From Terriglobia bacterium (GTDB taxonomy: Bacteria; Acidobacteriota; Terriglobia; 20CM-2-55-15): DNA of 64,000 bases. The DNA lies in contig CBDAOY010000008.1 in NCBI GenBank assembly GCA_965198225.1, positions 32,001 to 96,000 of the forward strand, in the 5' to 3' direction. Below the pieces are notes generated by a model. That model was not told where the DNA came from. It ran no database searches and saw only the letters and a list, made by a program, of their open reading frames with translations. Positions 37,219-47,484 of the stretch are shown here, one piece after another. Made by a program: the position numbers and the translations under genes. Position 1 is the stretch's first letter. Every line of letters begins with the position of its first letter.

Positions 37219-38613
37219 ATGTTCGAACGTATCAAACATGTGCACTTCGTGGGAATCGGAGGCTCCGGGATGAGCGGCATCGCCGAGGTCTTGTTGACGC
37301 TCGGCTACAAAGTGACCGGCTCCGATCTGCGAACCACACGGGTGACTAAGGCTCTGGAATCCGGGGGGGCCGCGGTGTTTCCGGCGCATGCGCCCGAGAA
37401 CCTCGGCGGTGCACACGTCGTGGTCCGCTCCTCGGCCGTACCGGCCGACAACGTCGAGCTCACGGAGGCCAGGTCCCGGAAGATACCGGTGATTTCCCGA
37501 GCTGAAATGCTGGCCGAGCTCGCCCGTCTCAAGTACACGGCGGCCGTGGCCGGCACACACGGCAAGACAACCACGACGTCCATGATCGCGACCATCCTGG
37601 ATCGGGCAGGGATGGATCCAACCTTTGTCGTCGGTGGGCGACTCAACACGGTCGGACGGAACGCCCGTCTCGGCAAGGGGGAATTCATCGTTCTCGAAGC
37701 CGACGAGAGTGACCGTTCTTTTTTGATGCTGTCGCCGACGATTGCCGTCGTCACGAACATCGAAGCCGATCACCTCGATCATTACGACGATCTCGAGGAC
37801 ATCCAGGACGCTTTCGTTTCTTTCGTCAACAAGGTGCCCTTCTACGGAGCCGTGATTGCGGACACGGATCAGCCGACTGTGAGGGCGATCCTCCCCCGAA
37901 TCAAGCGGCGGGTGATCAGCTTTGGGGCCGGCGAGAACGCCGACGTGGCGGTACTGGATTGTGCGCTCGATCCCTTGGGTTCGCGCTTTGTCGTTCGTTA
38001 CAACGGCGGCAAACGGCAGCAGTGTGTCTTGCAGATCCCCGGGTTGCACAACGTGCTCAACGCCGCGGCCGCGTTCACTGCAGCGCTCGAGATGGGCGTG
38101 GCCGCAGACACCATCGCTCTGGCTCTGGAAGAGTTTGGTGGAGTCGAGCGGCGGTTTGAAATCAAGTCCCGAACCGGTGTCGTCGTCATCGACGATTACG
38201 CGCACCATCCGACAGAGATCCGGGCAACGCTCGGCGCGGCGCGAGGTGCGGGGTTTCGCAGGATCTTGGCTGCGTTCCAGCCGCATCGCTACAGCCGCAC
38301 CCACCACCTGTTCGATGCCTTTGTCCATGCCTTCCACGATGCCGACGCCGTCCTGATCACCGACATCTATCCAGCCGGAGAGCCGCCGATCGACGGAGTG
38401 GACTCGGAACGGCTGGTTGAGAGTATGAAGGAAACAGGCAAGACCGAAGTCCGGCACGCGGCAGATTTCGGCGCCATTCGGTCCTACATGATGGAACACG
38501 CCAAGATGGGCGATGCCGTCGTCATCATGGGAGCGGGCAGCATCACGAAGTTGGCCGATGAACTGGCCGTTGACCTCCAACAGCGGGAGCCATTGCAGGT
38601 GGAGCATGAGTAG
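37219..38613 (+). CDS. murC: UDP-MurNAc:L-Ala ligase
   Basis: HFVGIGGSGMSG, GTHGKTTT, EADESD, DDYAHHPTE, FQPHRYSRT. Confidence 0.96.
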   Translation: MFERIKHVHFVGIGGSGMSGIAEVLLTLGYKVTGSDLRTTRVTKALESGGAAVFPAHAPENLGGAHVVVRSSAVPADNVELTEARSRKIPVISRAEMLAELARLKYTAAVAGTHGKTTTTSMIATILDRAGMDPTFVVGGRLNTVGRNARLGKGEFIVLEADESDRSFLMLSPTIAVVTNIEADHLDHYDDLEDIQDAFVSFVNKVPFYGAVIADTDQPTVRAILPRIKRRVISFGAGENADVAVLDCALDPLGSRFVVRYNGGKRQQCVLQIPGLHNVLNAAAAFTAALEMGVAADTIALALEEFGGVERRFEIKSRTGVVVIDDYAHHPTEIRATLGAARGAGFRRILAAFQPHRYSRTHHLFDAFVHAFHDADAVLITDIYPAGEPPIDGVDSERLVESMKETGKTEVRHAADFGAIRSYMMEHAKMGDAVVIMGAGSITKLADELAVDLQQREPLQVEHE

Positions 38614-39418
38614 GATGCACTCGGCGAAGTGGATTCGGTGGCTGCGGAAGAAGTCGCGCTCAGCACTGCTGCGCTACCTCTACATCAGCCTGTTCGCTCT
38701 GATGCTGCTCAGCTTTGGATGGGGACTCTACCGGGTCGCCAAATACACCGGGACGACGGAACGGCTCGAGATCCGTCAGGTGTCGGTGTCCGGACTGGAC
38801 CGTGTCTCGAAGAACGAAGTTCTTGCCCGCGCCGGGTATGCACCGGGTGCGAACATTCTTCGGGTCAGTCTCGACGAAACCCGCCGGGCGGTCGAAGAAA
38901 TCCTCTGGGTGCGTCATGCCACGGTGCAACGTGTATGGCCGGACGAGCTCGTCATTGTGATCGTCGAAAGGGAACCCATCGCGTTGGGACGGATCGGCGG
39001 CGAGATCTACCAGGTGGATGTCGACGGCGTCATCCTGTCGACCGACACCAGGACGGACACGAGCTTTCCCGTTCTCGACGGCCTGCGTCCCGGCGACATC
39101 GAAGGCAACAAAAGAAAGATCGAGGCGTACAGGGCTGCCCTCGAGGCAATCGGACAGAGCGAGCTTTCAGAAGTACGCGTCTCGGACATCGGAGAGATAT
39201 CCGTTGTGCCGATCCACAACCCGGTGCTGATCGACCTGGGATCGGCCAACCATCGTGAGCGTTGGGAAAAGTATGTTCAACTCCGGGTCAGAATCCGCGA
39301 GGACTATCCGAGCGCTTTCCACATCGATTTGCGATTTCAGGACCAGGTAATAATCCGAACTGAGGACAACGAACCTGCTGGGAAAATCATATGGGGCGAA
39401 GAGAAAAAACTATTGTAG
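38606..39418 (+). CDS. ftsQ: cell division protein FtsQ/DivIB
   Basis: TM, POTRA (WV..ATV.R.WPD.L.I..VER.P) and IDLRF motif; upstream of ftsA. Confidence 0.88.
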   Translation: MSRMHSAKWIRWLRKKSRSALLRYLYISLFALMLLSFGWGLYRVAKYTGTTERLEIRQVSVSGLDRVSKNEVLARAGYAPGANILRVSLDETRRAVEEILWVRHATVQRVWPDELVIVIVEREPIALGRIGGEIYQVDVDGVILSTDTRTDTSFPVLDGLRPGDIEGNKRKIEAYRAALEAIGQSELSEVRVSDIGEISVVPIHNPVLIDLGSANHRERWEKYVQLRVRIREDYPSAFHIDLRFQDQVIIRTEDNEPAGKIIWGEEKKLL

Positions 39419-40611
39419 GGCTCGACATCGGCTCGACGAAAGTCTGTACGCTCATTGCCGCCGCCCGTAACGGCGGCATGGAGACGATCGGGTTCGGTAT
39501 GGCCGAATCCAGGGGGCTGAAGAAGGGAGTCGTCGTCAACCTCGAGGCGACCGTCGAATCGATCAAGAAGAGTGTTGTGGAAGCGGAGATGATGGCCGGC
39601 ACGGAAGTAGACCGGGTGTTCGTGGGCCTGGCCGGCCCACACATCCGGAGCTTCAACAGCAAGGGTGCAATCCCCATCGCCACGCATTCCAGGGAAATCA
39701 ACCGCGAAGACGTCCGGCGCGTGATCGAGACCGCGCGAGCCGTCGCTCTGGCTCCGGACCGGGAGATCATCCACATCCTGCCCCAGGAGTTCGTTGTCGA
39801 CGACCAGGATGGTATAGGGGACCCGCTCGGTATGGTCGGCACGCGGCTCGAAGTCAATGTCCACATCGTGACCAGTTCCGTGACCGCTGCACAGAACATC
39901 GTTACTGCTGTCAACCGCAGCGGGCTCGAAGTCGGAGATACGGTTCTCGAACCCATCGCGGCCGGCGAGGCGACTCTTAGCGAAGACGAGAAGGAACTGG
40001 GTTGCGTGCTTCTGGACATCGGAGGCGGGAAGACCAACCTGGCCGTCTACCATCATGGCGCCGTCCGCCATACGGTGGTGCTTCCTATCGGGAGCGACCA
40101 TTTCACGAACGACATCGCAGTCGGGCTGCGCACCCCCATTCCCGAGGCTGAACGCCTGAAGAGGGAATTCGGCTGCGCCCTTTCGTCGATGGCTGACGAG
40201 GATGTGACCTTCGATTTCGCCGGCGTGGGCTCCAGGCAGACTCGTACGATCGGACAGCGAGTATTGAGCGATGTCCTTCAACCGCGCGCGGAAGAGATCA
40301 TTCACTTCGTCCGCGACGAAATCCGTGGAGCGGGCTACGAGCGTCAGGCCGGTGCGGGGGTGGTCCTCACCGGCGGTGGCGCGGTGCTCCGGGGCATTCC
40401 GGAGTTGGTGGAAGAGTTCCTGGACCTGCCGGTGAGACTTGGCGTAACCCAGGGGTTCAGCGACGCGCGCTTCGTCGAACCCGAATACGCCACCGTCGTC
40501 GGACTGGCAGTCTTTGGTGATCGACGTCGTCGGACACACGAGTTCCATGAGTACTCGGGTTCACCGTTCAAGCGCATGGTTTCCAAGCTCAGGGGGCTGG
40601 GGCTTTTTTGA
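39391..40611 (+). CDS. ftsA: cell division protein FtsA
   Basis: [31 protein letters not shown], amphipathic C-terminus. Confidence 0.96.
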   Translation: MGRREKTIVGLDIGSTKVCTLIAAARNGGMETIGFGMAESRGLKKGVVVNLEATVESIKKSVVEAEMMAGTEVDRVFVGLAGPHIRSFNSKGAIPIATHSREINREDVRRVIETARAVALAPDREIIHILPQEFVVDDQDGIGDPLGMVGTRLEVNVHIVTSSVTAAQNIVTAVNRSGLEVGDTVLEPIAAGEATLSEDEKELGCVLLDIGGGKTNLAVYHHGAVRHTVVLPIGSDHFTNDIAVGLRTPIPEAERLKREFGCALSSMADEDVTFDFAGVGSRQTRTIGQRVLSDVLQPRAEEIIHFVRDEIRGAGYERQAGAGVVLTGGGAVLRGIPELVEEFLDLPVRLGVTQGFSDARFVEPEYATVVGLAVFGDRRRRTHEFHEYSGSPFKRMVSKLRGLGLF

Positions 40612-40732
40612 CTGGCCCCGGACCGGATCAGGAATATCCGGTTTCGTCCGGACACCGGAGCATCATCAGCCGGAAACGATTCTCGGTTTGATACGCGGCG
40701 AGAGCTCCGGCGGGCGTAACAAGGGGGAGGCA

Positions 40733-41818
40733 GTGGTAGAGAACGTACAAATGGAAAACACAGTCAGGTTTCTCTTCGATGAGCGGCGTGACGATGGAGC
40801 ATCGATAAAAGTAATCGGCGTCGGCGGTGGCGGATCGAATGCCGTCAACCGCATGATCGAAGCCGGCGTCGATGGCGTCGAGTTTCTGGTCGCGAATACA
40901 GACCTTCAGGCCCTCAAACAGTCTCACGCCCCTGTCAAACTCCAGATCGGGGCCAGGCTGACAAAAGGGCTCGGGGCCGGTGCCAATCCTGAGATCGGTC
41001 GTGAGGCTGCCCTCGAGGATACCGATAAGATCATAGAGGCGCTGGAAGGTGCCGACATGATCTTTGTGACGACCGGTCTGGGCGGAGGCACGGGCACGGG
41101 CGCCGCGCCAATTGTCGCCAGCCTGGCGGCCGAGCTGGGGGGACTGACCGTCGCGGTCGTGACCAAGCCGTTCGCGTTCGAGGGAAAGAAAAGGATGACG
41201 CAGGCCGAACGCGGCCTGGGGGATCTAAAGGAGTGTGTCGATACAGTCATCACCATTCCGAACGAACAGTTGCTCGCGACGCTGGAGAAAGGAACAAGCC
41301 TCTTCGACGCTTTCCACATTGCCGATGACATCTTGCGACAGGCGGTCCAAGGCATTTCCGACCTGATCACGGTGCCGGGGCTGATCAACCTCGATTTCGC
41401 GGACGTGAAAACGGTCATGCACGGTATGGGCATGGCTCTGATGGGCACCGGGGTCGCTTCCGGCGAGAATCGCGCCGTCGAGGCAGCACGTCGCGCCATT
41501 TCTTCCAGGCTGCTCGAAGATGGTTCGATTCAGGGTGCCAAGGGCGTCCTGATCAACATCACCGGTGGCGGCGACCTACTGTTGCACGAGGTCAGCGAAG
41601 CGTCGGGCATCATCCATGAGGCAGCCGACGGCGAAGCCAACATCATTTTTGGAGCCGTTCTCGACGAGCGAATGAAGGACGAGGTCAAGATCACCGTGAT
41701 CGCGACCGGGTTTGAACGAACCGGCGCGGAGGCCGCGCTCCCGCAGATCGCACGCGGCGAAGTCGAAGGAACGGACTTGGAGATTCCGGCGTTCCTTAGA
41801 CGCGCCACAACGAACTAG
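40733..41818 (+). CDS. ftsZ: cell division protein FtsZ
   Basis: [38 protein letters not shown]; GTG start behind GGGAGG. Confidence 0.97.
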   Translation: MVENVQMENTVRFLFDERRDDGASIKVIGVGGGGSNAVNRMIEAGVDGVEFLVANTDLQALKQSHAPVKLQIGARLTKGLGAGANPEIGREAALEDTDKIIEALEGADMIFVTTGLGGGTGTGAAPIVASLAAELGGLTVAVVTKPFAFEGKKRMTQAERGLGDLKECVDTVITIPNEQLLATLEKGTSLFDAFHIADDILRQAVQGISDLITVPGLINLDFADVKTVMHGMGMALMGTGVASGENRAVEAARRAISSRLLEDGSIQGAKGVLINITGGGDLLLHEVSEASGIIHEAADGEANIIFGAVLDERMKDEVKITVIATGFERTGAEAALPQIARGEVEGTDLEIPAFLRRATTN

Positions 41819-41858
41819 GAACGATCCGCCCGCACGGTATCGATTTTTCGATCCGAAG

Positions 41859-41923
41859 GTGTATGTGCGCTCTATGAGCGCACATTGTTTCTGTCGCGTG
41901 TGCGCTCATAGAGCGCACCTACA
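41859..41923. repeat. GTAG REP doublet after ftsZ
   Basis: GTGCGCTCTATGAGCGCAC ... GTGCGCTCATAGAGCGCACCTAC. Confidence 0.85.
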
Positions 41924-41972
41924 CTGACCCTCCAAGACTGCTGTTCTCCCGCAAACCCTCTATAATTATTCT

Positions 41973-42386
41973 ATGAACGGTGCCAGGATCATCGTAGCTC
42001 CCGGTATCCTCGAGGAGGTCATCGCGCATGCCCGCGGTTGCTTTCCGGAAGAGGGTTGCGGCTTCCTCGTGGGCCGGGAAGAGCGCGTCGAGCGGTTCGT
42101 CCCCGCCGAAAACGCGCTCGGAAGTAGGACAGCCTACAGTGTCGAACCCCGGTTCCTGTTCGAATTGTTCCGCGAACTCCGGGCGTCGGGCGAGAGTCTG
42201 GTGGCGATCTATCACTCCCACCCATCAGGCGAAGCGGCGCCGTCGTCGAGGGATATTGCCGAGGCGTACTATCCCGATAGCGCGCACCTCATCGTGTCGC
42301 TTCAAGACGAGAGTCAACCTGCGGTCCGGGCCTTCCGAGTCGTCGACGACAGCGTCACAGAAATCGAGCTTCATGCTATAGTCTAG
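41973..42386 (+). CDS. JAB/MPN+ (M67) metallopeptidase
   Basis: PEEGCG, YHSHP....PS..D JAMM motif. Confidence 0.9.
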   Translation: MNGARIIVAPGILEEVIAHARGCFPEEGCGFLVGREERVERFVPAENALGSRTAYSVEPRFLFELFRELRASGESLVAIYHSHPSGEAAPSSRDIAEAYYPDSAHLIVSLQDESQPAVRAFRVVDDSVTEIELHAIV

Positions 42387-42435
42387 TGGCCTGTAACAGG
42401 TCACTAAGTACTCAAAACGTCACAGGGAGACTCCG

Positions 42436-43080
42436 ATGCTTATCCTGCTGATCACCATGCTCTGGTCGGCCCCGATCATGCCTCAGGCCGCACAGGAAGT
42501 CGCTGCCGCGGTGCCGGACCCGGCGTCTAATTTCGCCATGAGAGCCCGCCCGAACTTGCTCTTTGGCCAAGGCGCCCAAAGCCGCCACGACTTCTACGAC
42601 GTCGTTATCACCCAGCGACCTGTCGAAGGCGTGTTGATCAAGCTCCCCTACACGAGAAAGGGTGGCAAGCTGACCTTCGACTTGCATCACCGCATTGCCA
42701 TGTCGGACGATTTCGGACTTCCCGCCGAGGTCATGACCGTCGTCGAACTGGTCACCGGCGGGACGAACCGACTCGGCAGCTACACGCTGCTCGACATGAT
42801 CAACGAGGGCGACAAGTTCGTAGAGGGGATCGAACGGACCAGTGATGCCGACATCGACAGGTTCGTCATGCCGATGGCGCGCAAGTCCATCACGATCAAG
42901 ACCCAGCCTGGTCCGCAGTCGATCAGCGTCATCGGTCGCGAAATGGTAATCACGCGCGGAGCCTCCGCCACGAGAGTCGACACGCCGGGCACCCGCATTG
43001 CAATGGTTTCCAACATCAGGTTCGAAGCCGTCAACGAAACCAACCCCCTCAAGAAGAGCGGCCCCGGCCCAGGAAACTAG
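42436..43080 (+). CDS. hypothetical exported protein
   Basis: Signal-peptide-like N-terminus, host-like codon usage, GGGAG RBS; stop lies in the CTAG at the island border. Confidence 0.7.
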   Translation: MLILLITMLWSAPIMPQAAQEVAAAVPDPASNFAMRARPNLLFGQGAQSRHDFYDVVITQRPVEGVLIKLPYTRKGGKLTFDLHHRIAMSDDFGLPAEVMTVVELVTGGTNRLGSYTLLDMINEGDKFVEGIERTSDADIDRFVMPMARKSITIKTQPGPQSISVIGREMVITRGASATRVDTPGTRIAMVSNIRFEAVNETNPLKKSGPGPGN

Positions 43081-43185
43081 GGCGTGTTAACACTAACGTA
43101 GCGCCTCGACGATGAGAGCGAAGTGAAGGAAGGCGAGGAACATGACGTCGAGTTTATCGAAACGGGAGAAGATACGCCGGAAACC
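43081..43185 (-). mobile_element. truncated IS5 copy (terminal 105 bp)
   Basis: CTAG followed by GGCGTGTTAACACTAA; matches 52750-52854 with two substitutions. Confidence 0.9.
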
Positions 43186-43552
43186 TCATCCCGCCTCGGC
43201 CGCCAGCCTCGAAGAAGGTTTCGACGAGCTGTTCACCATCAATCGGCTCGAGCTCTCGTCTTCGCTACGATTCTGCCTGGGGACGACGAACATCATCGAC
43301 AGTTCCCACTCCGGAATCCGTATCCGAACCCGTCGGGTCGGTCGATGGCGGAACGGCCAGATGGTGCTACGATGGGCCGCCTCGGCTTTCTTGGCTACCG
43401 AAAAGGGCTTCCGGCGAATCCACGGCTATCGTGATCTCTCGATGCTTCAGGCCAAGCTCAATGACGCGGTCACCGGCGACGACAAATCCAAGGTGGCTTA
43501 ACTGATGACCCGAACCGCCATCGAAAGTTTCAACTACGTTCGGGACAGCTTC
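43186..43552 (+). pseudogene. IS256-family transposase C-terminal remnant with right end
   Basis: HP.ASASLEEG.DE.FT.NRL..L.TTNII.S....IR..TRRV.RWR...M..RW.A......EK.FRRI.GY. Confidence 0.8.
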
Positions 43553-43597
43553 GTCCCGGAGCCGACCATGTGTTTCCTGGCTTTACGAATCTCAATA

Positions 43598-43635
43598 GGG
43601 GTCACTCCTCCATTGGTCGAAAATTGCACGTTAAG
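43598..43635 (+). mobile_element. Tn3-family 38-bp terminal inverted repeat
   Basis: GGGGTCACTCCTCCATTGGTCGAAAATTGCACGTTAAG: GGGG start, ACGnTAAG end, exactly 38 bp. Confidence 0.8.
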
Positions 43636-43744
43636 GAGTGCAGCGGGCTGTCCTGCCGGTCGATAAACTATCGTTTTCGGACATATCCATGTCACATGCC
43701 TAAACCCATGACACTAAGGGGCGCTTCACCCCTCGATTCCAGGG

Positions 43745-43850
43745 GTTTTTTGGGCCGGGGGCAAAAGCGCTTCGCGTCGGGCTCTACGCCCGCGTCTCAA
43801 CCTACGACAAGAAGACACTACCCATGCAGCTGTTTGCGATGCGGGACTTC
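43745..43850 (+). pseudogene. serine resolvase N-terminal fragment
   Basis: KALRVGLYARVSTYDKKTLPMQL (YxRVS motif) behind the Tn3 IR. Confidence 0.65.
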
Positions 43851-43900
43851 TATCAACTCAGCGCCGGTTTCGGCCGTACGCTCAACAACCGACCACCTCA

Positions 43901-44444
43901 ATGAGCAAGTTACTGTACTTTGCCTATGGTTCGAATATGCTGACGGAGCGGCTTCGCAGAAAGGTGTCCGTCAGCGTGCCCGGTTGTAGCCGCATATGTC
44001 GACGATTTTGTTTTGGAGTTTTCAAAGAAAAGCAAGGACGGTTCAGGCAAGGCGACTCTCGTGCAGTCACGAGGGCAGCGTCAGGACGGTGTTCTTTTCG
44101 AGATAAAGACCTGCGAGCGGGAAAATCTGGACCTCGCCGAAGGGGTCGGATTCGGCTATGATCGAGATGACAGCTTCAGTGTGATATTGGCTGATACAGG
44201 CGTTTCCAAGACCGTTATAACCTACATCGCGCCCGTCCAGCATCCATGTTTGAAGCCATTCGACTGGTATCTGGCACTCGTCGTTGCTGGCGCCAAGCAG
44301 CATAACCTCCCCGAGAAAATCATCGCTTCTTACCGGGATACCGAATTCCGTGAGGACGAAAAGGAGGAGCGTAAACTAGAAGCGCGGAAGGTGCTTAAAG
44401 AGGCAGGATGGGGAAGCGTCGAGCAGGTATTGGAACTGAATTGA
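43901..44444 (+). pseudogene. gamma-glutamylcyclotransferase (AIG2-like) protein, frameshifted
   Basis: YFAYGSNM N-part and FSKKSKDGSGKAT..GVLFEI..LDLAEG..PFDWY..VVAGA..H.LP C-part are in different frames. Confidence 0.75.
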
Positions 44445-44536
44445 AAGCATCAATCATTACGGGAACATATTAGCCTCCTTGGTCGATATGATCCGACAGC
44501 CGCCATGAGACCAACGGAGAGGAATGGGAGGTAGGC

Positions 44537-46009
44537 ATGGGCATCTTAATCGCACAGTTTGTGGCTGATCGTCTCCCCCGAATTTCCGGCTGGGTGAAGC
44601 TAACCGCAATCGCCGGGCTGCTCTTGATCTTTGCGGCTCTGCAGTCCACGCCCGCCCCGCGCGCTCCCCAAGCGGGAACCGAACCCCTGGGGTGCGCGGA
44701 TAAATCCATTGTCGCCAGCGCGGTAAGCACAACGGAGGACGTTCAAGCGTTCGTCCAATGCGCCTATGAGTATGTCCAGGAAATGGGATTTGAGGAGGCC
44801 CGGCGGGCCTTTCACGAGGATACGCGTTGGAAGAGCGGAGCCATCTATGTCTTCGTCTCCGAAGCGACCCCGATGAGCGATCAGGCGCGACTGTTCGTTT
44901 GGGCGCCCGCTCCTCCAAGGGTAGGATCCTCGCTAGGACTCCTCATCGACGCCTTCGGCAACGACTACTACAAGGAACAGCATCGTATCGTGAGCGGCTT
45001 CGGTGAGGGCTGGCTCTATTACTCGTTCCCAAACCCCGCAACGGGCCGGGAGGAGCCGAAGGCGACCTACATCAAGGGCATCGACTGGGAGGGAAACCTG
45101 GCCGCGATCGGGGCGGGGGTCTACCGCCGTGACCTTCCCGTCACCTGCGAGGCGGAAGAAGTCCACGCCATGGGGCTTGAGGCTGCACCTTCCGTTGAGA
45201 GGTTGAAGGTGTTTGTCCGCTGCGCGGCAATGAAGCTGGAATCGAAAGGGTACTTTGCCACTCGTGCGCTGTCTACCGATCCACGTTGGAACAGTGGTTC
45301 GATCTACCTGTTCGGCCTGGATACCTACGGCTACACGTTATTCAGCGGCGATCCCGACAGCCAGACGCATGGCATCTTTTCCCCAGCTTCCGAGTTGAAC
45401 GCCCATCCGGACGGCCCCTTCGGGGGTCGGGATGTGGTGAGCGTTGCGGACGCTTTCGGGGAAACCTTACTGTACTACTCGACGCGCAATCCCTCTACCG
45501 GAATGCCGCAGAGCAAGGTGGCTTTCGTCAAGAGGGTCGTGACCAATGGTCTGCCGGTTCTGGTCGGCTCCGGCTATTATGAGCCCCTGTCGCTGCCGGC
45601 GCCGGACGCGCAATCGGTCTGGAGCTATCTCCAAAGCGCGACGTACACGGACTGGCCGCTGTTTCCCGAAACGAGCCGCTTCCAACCGGGGATGTCGCCC
45701 CATGGCGCCCTGCTCATCACCTACGTCAACGATACCGCGCGGAACGCATTGACGCGCGGAACAGGCCCGATTGCTCCTGGCCCGCTGCCGGCCGGCTCGA
45801 TCATCGTCAAGGAGAACTACATGCCGGATCGCACGCTGGCTGCGGTGACGGTCATGTACAAGAGCGCCGGCTACAACCCGGAACACGGGGACTGGTACTG
45901 GCTGAAGCGCGCAGCGAACGGAAACGTGGACGCTGAGGGCAAGATCGAAGGATGCCAGAACTGTCACAGCGCCGCCGCGCGCGACTACGTGCTGACGGAG
46001 GTCCAGTAG
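44537..46009 (+). CDS. exported tandem Cache-domain protein fused to a cytochrome P460-like c-type heme domain
   Basis: Two repeats of (FV.CA...W.SG.IY.F...YY...NP.TG....K......G.GyY); C-terminal PHG..TYVN, GSIIVKENY, TVMYK, GDWYW, CQNCH. Confidence 0.75.
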   Translation: MGILIAQFVADRLPRISGWVKLTAIAGLLLIFAALQSTPAPRAPQAGTEPLGCADKSIVASAVSTTEDVQAFVQCAYEYVQEMGFEEARRAFHEDTRWKSGAIYVFVSEATPMSDQARLFVWAPAPPRVGSSLGLLIDAFGNDYYKEQHRIVSGFGEGWLYYSFPNPATGREEPKATYIKGIDWEGNLAAIGAGVYRRDLPVTCEAEEVHAMGLEAAPSVERLKVFVRCAAMKLESKGYFATRALSTDPRWNSGSIYLFGLDTYGYTLFSGDPDSQTHGIFSPASELNAHPDGPFGGRDVVSVADAFGETLLYYSTRNPSTGMPQSKVAFVKRVVTNGLPVLVGSGYYEPLSLPAPDAQSVWSYLQSATYTDWPLFPETSRFQPGMSPHGALLITYVNDTARNALTRGTGPIAPGPLPAGSIIVKENYMPDRTLAAVTVMYKSAGYNPEHGDWYWLKRAANGNVDAEGKIEGCQNCHSAAARDYVLTEVQ

Positions 46010-46204
46010 CGGGCTGTCCGGATGAGGCCGCGACCGGGTTGGTGCGACTCCGGTACTGGGACAGGTCCGGAGTCGCTCAGAATCGGCGTTCGGCCCTTCC
46101 CAGGCACTGGCGAGTTGAACGCGTCCGGGCGTCAGACAATTGGCTTTTCAGGTCGATCGGCCCGCTGCTTATGGCCACCGCTTTACCGCTAGGTTCCCTG
46201 CTAC

Positions 46205-46444
46205 TCATTCCAACCATTTGCGGCGCGGTCGATTCTTTAGCCGGTTGATCAACCAGCTTGCGCCCTCGACGGTCGACGGTTCGATATCGGCCAAATCATC
46301 CGCGTTGCGTTCCTTCTTGAGCCGCGCGATATGGGCCAGTTGCTTTTGAGTCGGGGGACTTGGCCCGGTACTCCGAAAGAACCACGCCAGCGAACCGACA
46401 ACGGCCACGACGAACACGACAGCCAGGAAGATCAGAAGTCCCAT
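46205..46444 (-). CDS. small membrane-anchored hypothetical protein
   Basis: N-terminal TM followed by PTQKQLAHI..L ... T..EASWLI..L. Confidence 0.55.
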   Translation of the reverse strand: MGLLIFLAVVFVVAVVGSLAWFFRSTGPSPPTQKQLAHIARLKKERNADDLADIEPSTVEGASWLINRLKNRPRRKWLE

Positions 46445-46631
46445 AATTTACTCGCCCGCAGCCTTTGTTTCGGCCCCGGAATCTCGCCCTGGATCGCGTT
46501 TCAGAGGCGTCCCCAGAGGTGGAGAGCCCCGCTGACTGAAACAACCGCCTTCGCGAAGCGTTGCAACAGGCTTCTATCACAGCTTCATGGCTAAACACCG
46601 CTCGCTCGGCACGGTTGAGCGCCGCCCGTTA

Positions 46632-47436
46632 GTGCGCCAAGCGAAGCTTGGCGCTTCTTGCAGGGTGCGAGTCCCTGCGGAGAAAGGGTTAACTACCCAC
46701 TCCTACTGAGTGTTGCAACTGCGACTGCGGAGGTGAAAGCCGAACAAGTCAGTTGAAGCGTACACAGGGAAGCATGCAGGCCGCAGGAGGGACCGCGACC
46801 TCCAAGGCTTGATACAGCCCCGTCATGGCGTTTGATGCAGACGGCGACGGTGTTAACGGTACCGGAAGCCAACATAGACGAACCGTTGTGGTGAGGTTCG
46901 CGAGGGTCTGCCGGGGTCCACCTTAGAGCGTGGCATGTATGCAGAGAAGCGTCAGGAACTTGGGAGACCCTGCGGTTTCCCGAGCTGAGACGCGATCGGA
47001 AACGACAGATCGCAGGGCATACGGCTAGTGAGCCCACACACGGGGAAACCCAGACCCAGGTAGGCCGGAGCCTAAACGAACTGGACGCCTGATCGACGAC
47101 AGCCACGGGTAGACAGGCTCGACCAAACAAAGAGCCATCGATGATTCGCAGGGAGTCAGATCCGCTCATACTACTCGGAGACGGTAGCGCCGATCACATG
47201 GGGAAGGGGCGGACAGAAGTACGTAGCTGGTACAGGAAACATTGTCCGGCGACGAAGGGCCGGAACAAACAATGCCAACCTCACTGCTGGCGATAGCAAA
47301 GAAGGCTGAGGAAAGGAAACATCCCTTTCTTGGTGCTGGACGCGGAAGCGAGTACTTCTGAGGAGCCCGGTGCCGGAAAACGGCACGCCGGGATCTGCGC
47401 GGGGGCGGTTCGGGCAACTGGCCGTCCTACCGCGAT
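46632..47436 (+). ncRNA. group II intron with the RT ORF internally deleted
   Basis: 5' GTGCG at 46632; domain V GAGCCCGGTGCCGGAAAACGGCACGCCGGGATC; domain VI ending CCTACCGCGAT at 47436; only about 29 codons of ORF remain (MPTSLLAIAKKA.. from 47272). Confidence 0.88.
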
Positions 47437-47484
47437 GATGCACAAAGCTTGTCCCTGCCAAGGAATCGGGCATAGCATGTAACT

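Noticed and set aside
37216-38607. Long antisense ORFs (also 39337-40548, 48032-49384, 55482-56759, 61582-62610, 20163-21458)
   Set aside because: Shadow ORFs opposite well-supported genes in GC-rich DNA, with no recognisable motifs
46636-46653. Shared CAAGCGAAGCTTG hairpin in the intron 5' end and the attC centre (4671-4683)
   Set aside because: Short match around the common stable GCGAAGC mini-hairpin; not enough to claim a relationship
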